In this document: positions 59,922 through 63,399 of the stretch, in pieces | Layout of the letters: each line of letters starts with the position of its first letter | Numbering within the stretch: position 1 is the stretch's first letter | DNA from: Acidimicrobiia bacterium | Lineage (GTDB): Bacteria > Actinomycetota > Acidimicrobiia > Spongiisociales > JAHEDJ01 | Reading direction: 5' to 3' | Assembly: GCA_029210695.1 (NCBI GenBank) | Contig: JARGFH010000015.1 | Location: 1-63,399, forward strand | Length of the DNA stretch: 63,399 nucleotides | Translations under genes and position numbers: made by a program | The notes under the pieces: generated by a model | What the model was told of the DNA's origin: nothing | Seen by the model: the letters and a program-made list of their open reading frames with translations, nothing else | The model's database searches: none

Positions 59922-60445
59922 TCCAGCGCCCTCTCGAAGGCGGCGGCGGTCTCGGCCTGATATCCGACCAACCGGATTTCCTGAAAGATCCCGGGGTGAG
60001 ATGCAACCCACTTGCGGCACGTGTCCGCGATTAAGTTGGTTGCTTCGGTGAGCGGGTAGCCGAATATACCGGCCGAAATGGCCGGCATCGCAACGGAGGT
60101 CGCTCCCGCGCCGGCCGCCGCCGAGAGGGCTGCGGCGACGGCCGCCCGCAGCAACGTCTCGTTGTCCCGACCGGCTGAGAAGCGCGGTCCGGCGACGTGA
60201 ATGATCCATTGGGCCGGCATATCTCCCGCACCGGTAACGGCCGCACCGCCGGGTTCGAGTGGCCCGTGTTCCCGAACCCAGGTGTCGGATTCCTCCTGCA
60301 CCACCACGCCGCCGGCCCGGACCATTGCCGCGGCAACGCCGCCGCCATGCTGGAGTTGCTCGTTGGCTGCATTCACGACCGCGTCAACATCTTGTTCGGT
60401 CAGGTCGCCTTGCACGACCCGGATCGGCTCAGTTGGTTCGTTCAC
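59918..60445 (-). CDS. Macro domain protein (ADP-ribose binding/hydrolase)
   Basis: GDLT..DVDAVVNAAN..L.HGGGV, IIHVAGP and PAISAGIFGYP. Confidence 0.93.
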   Translation of the reverse strand: MNEPTEPIRVVQGDLTEQDVDAVVNAANEQLQHGGGVAAAMVRAGGVVVQEESDTWVREHGPLEPGGAAVTGAGDMPAQWIIHVAGPRFSAGRDNETLLRAAVAAALSAAAGAGATSVAMPAISAGIFGYPLTEATNLIADTCRKWVASHPGIFQEIRLVGYQAETAAAFERALE

Positions 60446-60493
60446 AATGCCAGGCTACGCGATTGCGGCCCGTTGTCCGATACAGTCCGGGCT

Positions 60494-61024
60494 ATGAAGT
60501 CCTGGCTCATCGTTTCGCTGCTGACCGTCGAACTCGGCGGGACGTTCGGAGTGGCCTCGGCGGAGGCCGTTGTTGTGTCGAGCGGTGAGATTGAGGTGAC
60601 CCTGTCGGTGGAGGTCGGAGGGAATCCGGTCGGAGTTGTTGCACACTTCATCGATCCCGGCGACGATCAGGAAACGGTGACCCTCGGGCATCAGGGCGCC
60701 GGGATTTACGGGGGCACCGCACTGGTTGAGCGGGCCGACTTGATTGTTGTGTTCGAAGCCATCGGCGCCGGCGCTGTTTCAGTACTGGCGCGGCCGGTGA
60801 CGTTGACCGAACTCGGCGTCGATCCAGCGCTTCTCCTCGACGAGGTGGGCACGTCTGCCGGGGGGGATGTGGAACTCAGGCTGGACGCCACCACGGAGCG
60901 CTGGGGGTGGGCGGCGCTCGGTCTCACCGCGGCCGCCTTGTCTCTGCTTGCCTGGTGGGCGCTGGCCGATTACCCGAAGCGCACGCGGTCCGCGATGCCC
61001 GAACCGGTTGACGAGGACCAATAG
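60494..61024 (+). CDS. Hypothetical exported protein with a C-terminal TM helix
   Basis: N-terminal hydrophobic segment, beta-rich core and C-terminal TM; TACAGT -10-like box just upstream. Confidence 0.65.
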   Translation: MKSWLIVSLLTVELGGTFGVASAEAVVVSSGEIEVTLSVEVGGNPVGVVAHFIDPGDDQETVTLGHQGAGIYGGTALVERADLIVVFEAIGAGAVSVLARPVTLTELGVDPALLLDEVGTSAGGDVELRLDATTERWGWAALGLTAAALSLLAWWALADYPKRTRSAMPEPVDEDQ

Positions 61025-61086
61025 GGGTTCGTGCCGGTAATCCTCCTGGATGGATCCGGCCGCATTCGCACCGGGCGCGGCGCCGC

Positions 61087-62418
61087 TCAGGATTCCGGAA
61101 CTCGATCCCCGGCATCGAGCCTGGCCTGCTCGATTTGCCGGGTGTTGAGCACCGGCAGTGCAACAACGAAGAGCACCGCGTACACGGCTCCGCCGGCCAG
61201 GAACGGCATGCGGAGGGCCAGGTCGCGGGACCAGATCGCCTCGACCAAAGCCACCAGGGTCCCGCCTGCCAGCATTCCGAGGGGCATCATTCCCCATGCG
61301 AAGAACCGGTAGACGCTGTTGACGCGACCGAGGAGCGCGTCGGGGATGATCGTCTGTCGTAGTGAAACGGTGATCACGTTCCACAACACCGCCAGAAAGC
61401 TGGCGATGAAGAACATGATCCATACAACGATCGAACTCGACGTCAGCCCGGTAAACACCAGGGTGGCACCGGAACCCAGGAGGGTCAGGAAGAGCGAAGC
61501 GCCCGGCCCGATGGTCTTGCTGACCAGTGAGGCCGTGAAACTAGCGACCACTCCGCCCAGAGCCCCGGCAGTCATCAACAATCCGAAACGCGAGGCGTCC
61601 AGCTCGAGGATCTCCTGCACGAAGAGCACGTAGGTGGCCAGCGCCATCGAGAACATGGCGTTCATGACGCCGAGGATGATGCCCATCACCCGCAGTAGCC
61701 GGTGCCGCCACAACCAGCCGAATCCCTGCTTGATCTGACCGACGAAGGAAGGCCGGTCCTCGGCTTGTTCTGCACGGAATGATCCGCGCAAGCTGAAGAG
61801 GAGAGCGGCAGAGATGGCGAACGTGACGGCGTCGACGAAGAAGGGGAGAGAGAACGCGACGGCAATGATCAATCCGCCCAGCACCGGCCCGAGCAGCGAG
61901 TTCATCACCATTTCGCTGCCCCACAACCGGCCGTTGGCCTTCTCGAGCAGGGACGTGTCGACGATCGACGGCATCAGGGTCTGGGCAGCGTTGTCCCGGA
62001 GAACCTCGGCAAACCCGAACAGGAGTGCCGATGTGTACAGAACTGCCAGGAGCAGTCCGGCGTGTTCCGGCCTGTCGGCCGTGCCGAGGGCGATGGAGTC
62101 CGGTTCGGCCAGATCGCGGCCGAGCAAGAGCACCGCCGTCGCCACGGCCAGGGTCAGGATGAATCGAAAGGCGTCCGTCCACCCGACCAGCTTGCGCCGG
62201 TCGATGCGGTCGGCGATGACGCCGGCGGGCAAGGTGAACACGAGCCACGGGATGCGGGTGGCGACTCCGACCAGGGCGATCTGGAGCGGGTCGCGGGTGA
62301 CGGCAGAAGCCAGCCAGGGATAAGCGACGGTGGAAATACCGTCCCCGAAGTTCGAGACGACGCTGGCGGTCAGCAGCTTCCGGTAGTTGGGTCCGAGCTT
62401 CGGTTCACTCTTGTCCAC
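61087..62418 (-). CDS. MFS transporter (MFS_3-like)
   Basis: SNFGD, GVIADRIDRRK and RQTIIPDALLGRVNS; about 12 TM segments. Confidence 0.92.
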   Translation of the reverse strand: MDKSEPKLGPNYRKLLTASVVSNFGDGISTVAYPWLASAVTRDPLQIALVGVATRIPWLVFTLPAGVIADRIDRRKLVGWTDAFRFILTLAVATAVLLLGRDLAEPDSIALGTADRPEHAGLLLAVLYTSALLFGFAEVLRDNAAQTLMPSIVDTSLLEKANGRLWGSEMVMNSLLGPVLGGLIIAVAFSLPFFVDAVTFAISAALLFSLRGSFRAEQAEDRPSFVGQIKQGFGWLWRHRLLRVMGIILGVMNAMFSMALATYVLFVQEILELDASRFGLLMTAGALGGVVASFTASLVSKTIGPGASLFLTLLGSGATLVFTGLTSSSIVVWIMFFIASFLAVLWNVITVSLRQTIIPDALLGRVNSVYRFFAWGMMPLGMLAGGTLVALVEAIWSRDLALRMPFLAGGAVYAVLFVVALPVLNTRQIEQARLDAGDRVPES

Positions 62419-62510
62419 TGGGTGTCTCCTCGAAACCCGGCGAGCCTAGCTGCTGAGCGGGCGCCGATTCCGAGAGGTAGGCGGCTACGGCCGATTTCCT
62501 TAGAATTGCC

Positions 62511-62545
62511 CGAGGGAAGGGTGGGGTCGCCCAGCCCTTCCCTCG
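62511..62545 (-). terminator. Hairpin terminator
   Basis: CGAGGGAAGGG...CCCTTCCCTCG just downstream of the last gene. Confidence 0.7.
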
Positions 62546-62557
62546 AGATGAGCCTTC

Positions 62558-63399
62558 CTAGTAGGCGGCGATTCCTCGATAGACCGTCATGCTGCGGTAG
62601 CTGTCCCTCATGAGCGTTCCGAAGAAACCGCCCAGGTCGATCGACCATCCGCCACCGATGATGGTGCCGGTCACGTCGGCGTCTCTGGCTGTGGAACTCC
62701 CTCCGTAGCTGCTGCGGTATCCGTCACCGGAAGACGACCGCTCGTTGTAGGAGTACTTGAAGGTCGGTCCTTGTCCCGTCCAGGCCACGGCGGCATCGAC
62801 TTCGATGGCGCCGAGATCTTCACACGACCCCTCCCATGTGATGACGTCCCCGTCCTCGGTGTAGGGCCCTTCGACGCAGCGCTGGCCGAACAGCGTCATC
62901 GTCGTGTTCACCGACGCATTCCGCAGTTTGGAATCGAGTTGGTAGTGGCCGGGCTCGAGAGTGGCCGAGCCGTACCACGACTCCCAGGTGTAGGTGCCCT
63001 CGCCGTCGTCGTAGACCGACTGGTACGAGTAGACGTTCACATCAGCCATCTTGTACGGTTTGCCTTTTTCATACTTCGAGCGTCCCTCGACGAGATAGAC
63101 CCCGGTCGACGTCGAGGTGTTGTCGTTGTACTCGTCGAAATATGCCTGGGCCGCGATGCCCTTGGAGCTTCCCTTGTACATGGCCGGCTTGCCGGTCGTA
63201 GCCGGCGGCTCGCCTATCGATAGGTTCAGACTCCCGCCGGCCGGTGCTGCGCCAAACGCGCCACCCTGGATCAGATAGGTCTGTCCGGCCTCTGCGGAGA
63301 GGAATAGCCTCGACTCCACGCCGCCTAGGTGGCTGCCGAAAAAGTTGGTGGTTGTGGGTCGGGGGTGCTCGCGTTCGAGGTCGTTTTCGGTCACACTGG
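62558..63399 (-). CDS. C-terminal part of a probable secreted beta-rich protein, truncated by the window edge
   Basis: Open to the window end; AEAGQTYLIQ.G resembles PPC-like extracellular modules. Confidence 0.6.
   Translation of the reverse strand, partial: SVTENDLEREHPRPTTTNFFGSHLGGVESRLFLSAEAGQTYLIQGGAFGAAPAGGSLNLSIGEPPATTGKPAMYKGSSKGIAAQAYFDEYNDNTSTSTGVYLVEGRSKYEKGKPYKMADVNVYSYQSVYDDGEGTYTWESWYGSATLEPGHYQLDSKLRNASVNTTMTLFGQRCVEGPYTEDGDVITWEGSCEDLGAIEVDAAVAWTGQGPTFKYSYNERSSSGDGYRSSYGGSSTARDADVTGTIIGGGWSIDLGGFFGTLMRDSYRSMTVYRGIAAY

Noticed and set aside
59918..60445. Macro domain as the DarG antitoxin
   Set aside because: It is a short single-domain YmdB-like protein with no DarT-like neighbour.

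Overview
This is a 63.4-kb, high-GC chromosomal window from an actinobacterium, most likely class Acidimicrobiia (inferred from gene style, the selC sequence and many leaderless genes). It is mostly housekeeping and metabolic: ctaB and ctaA heme maturation, an ABC-2 exporter, USP, Ca/Na antiporter, pepN, gnd/ppgK, hflX, reverse transsulfuration (CBS and CGL/metB), a sigma70 factor, tldDE, hisC/pat, MMPL, hutH-ilvE-hutU-hutI, leuCD and an MFS transporter. It also holds one intact IS30 element, a tRNA-Sec gene and several REP-like and heptamer repeat families. The main points of interest are: (1) a ~230-nt structured RNA whose 16-nt SD is fully complementary to the 16S rRNA 3' tail and precedes a 14-codon ORF; (2) a Phe/Tyr leader-peptide attenuator controlling a fusion of an apparently catalytically dead DAHP synthase with an intact chorismate mutase; (3) an in-frame UGA at the Cys position of the CNPNNPTG motif of hisC/pat, in a genome that encodes tRNA-Sec; (4) a membrane-anchored octaheme Otr-like cytochrome with a divergent LysR next to selC; (5) a very divergent GroES-like ORF translationally coupled to hflX; (6) a ClpX-type Zn finger fused to HutI; (7) an IS30 inserted in the loop of a REP palindrome. 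All calls come from reading the sequence by eye, and no database searches or folding programs were run.
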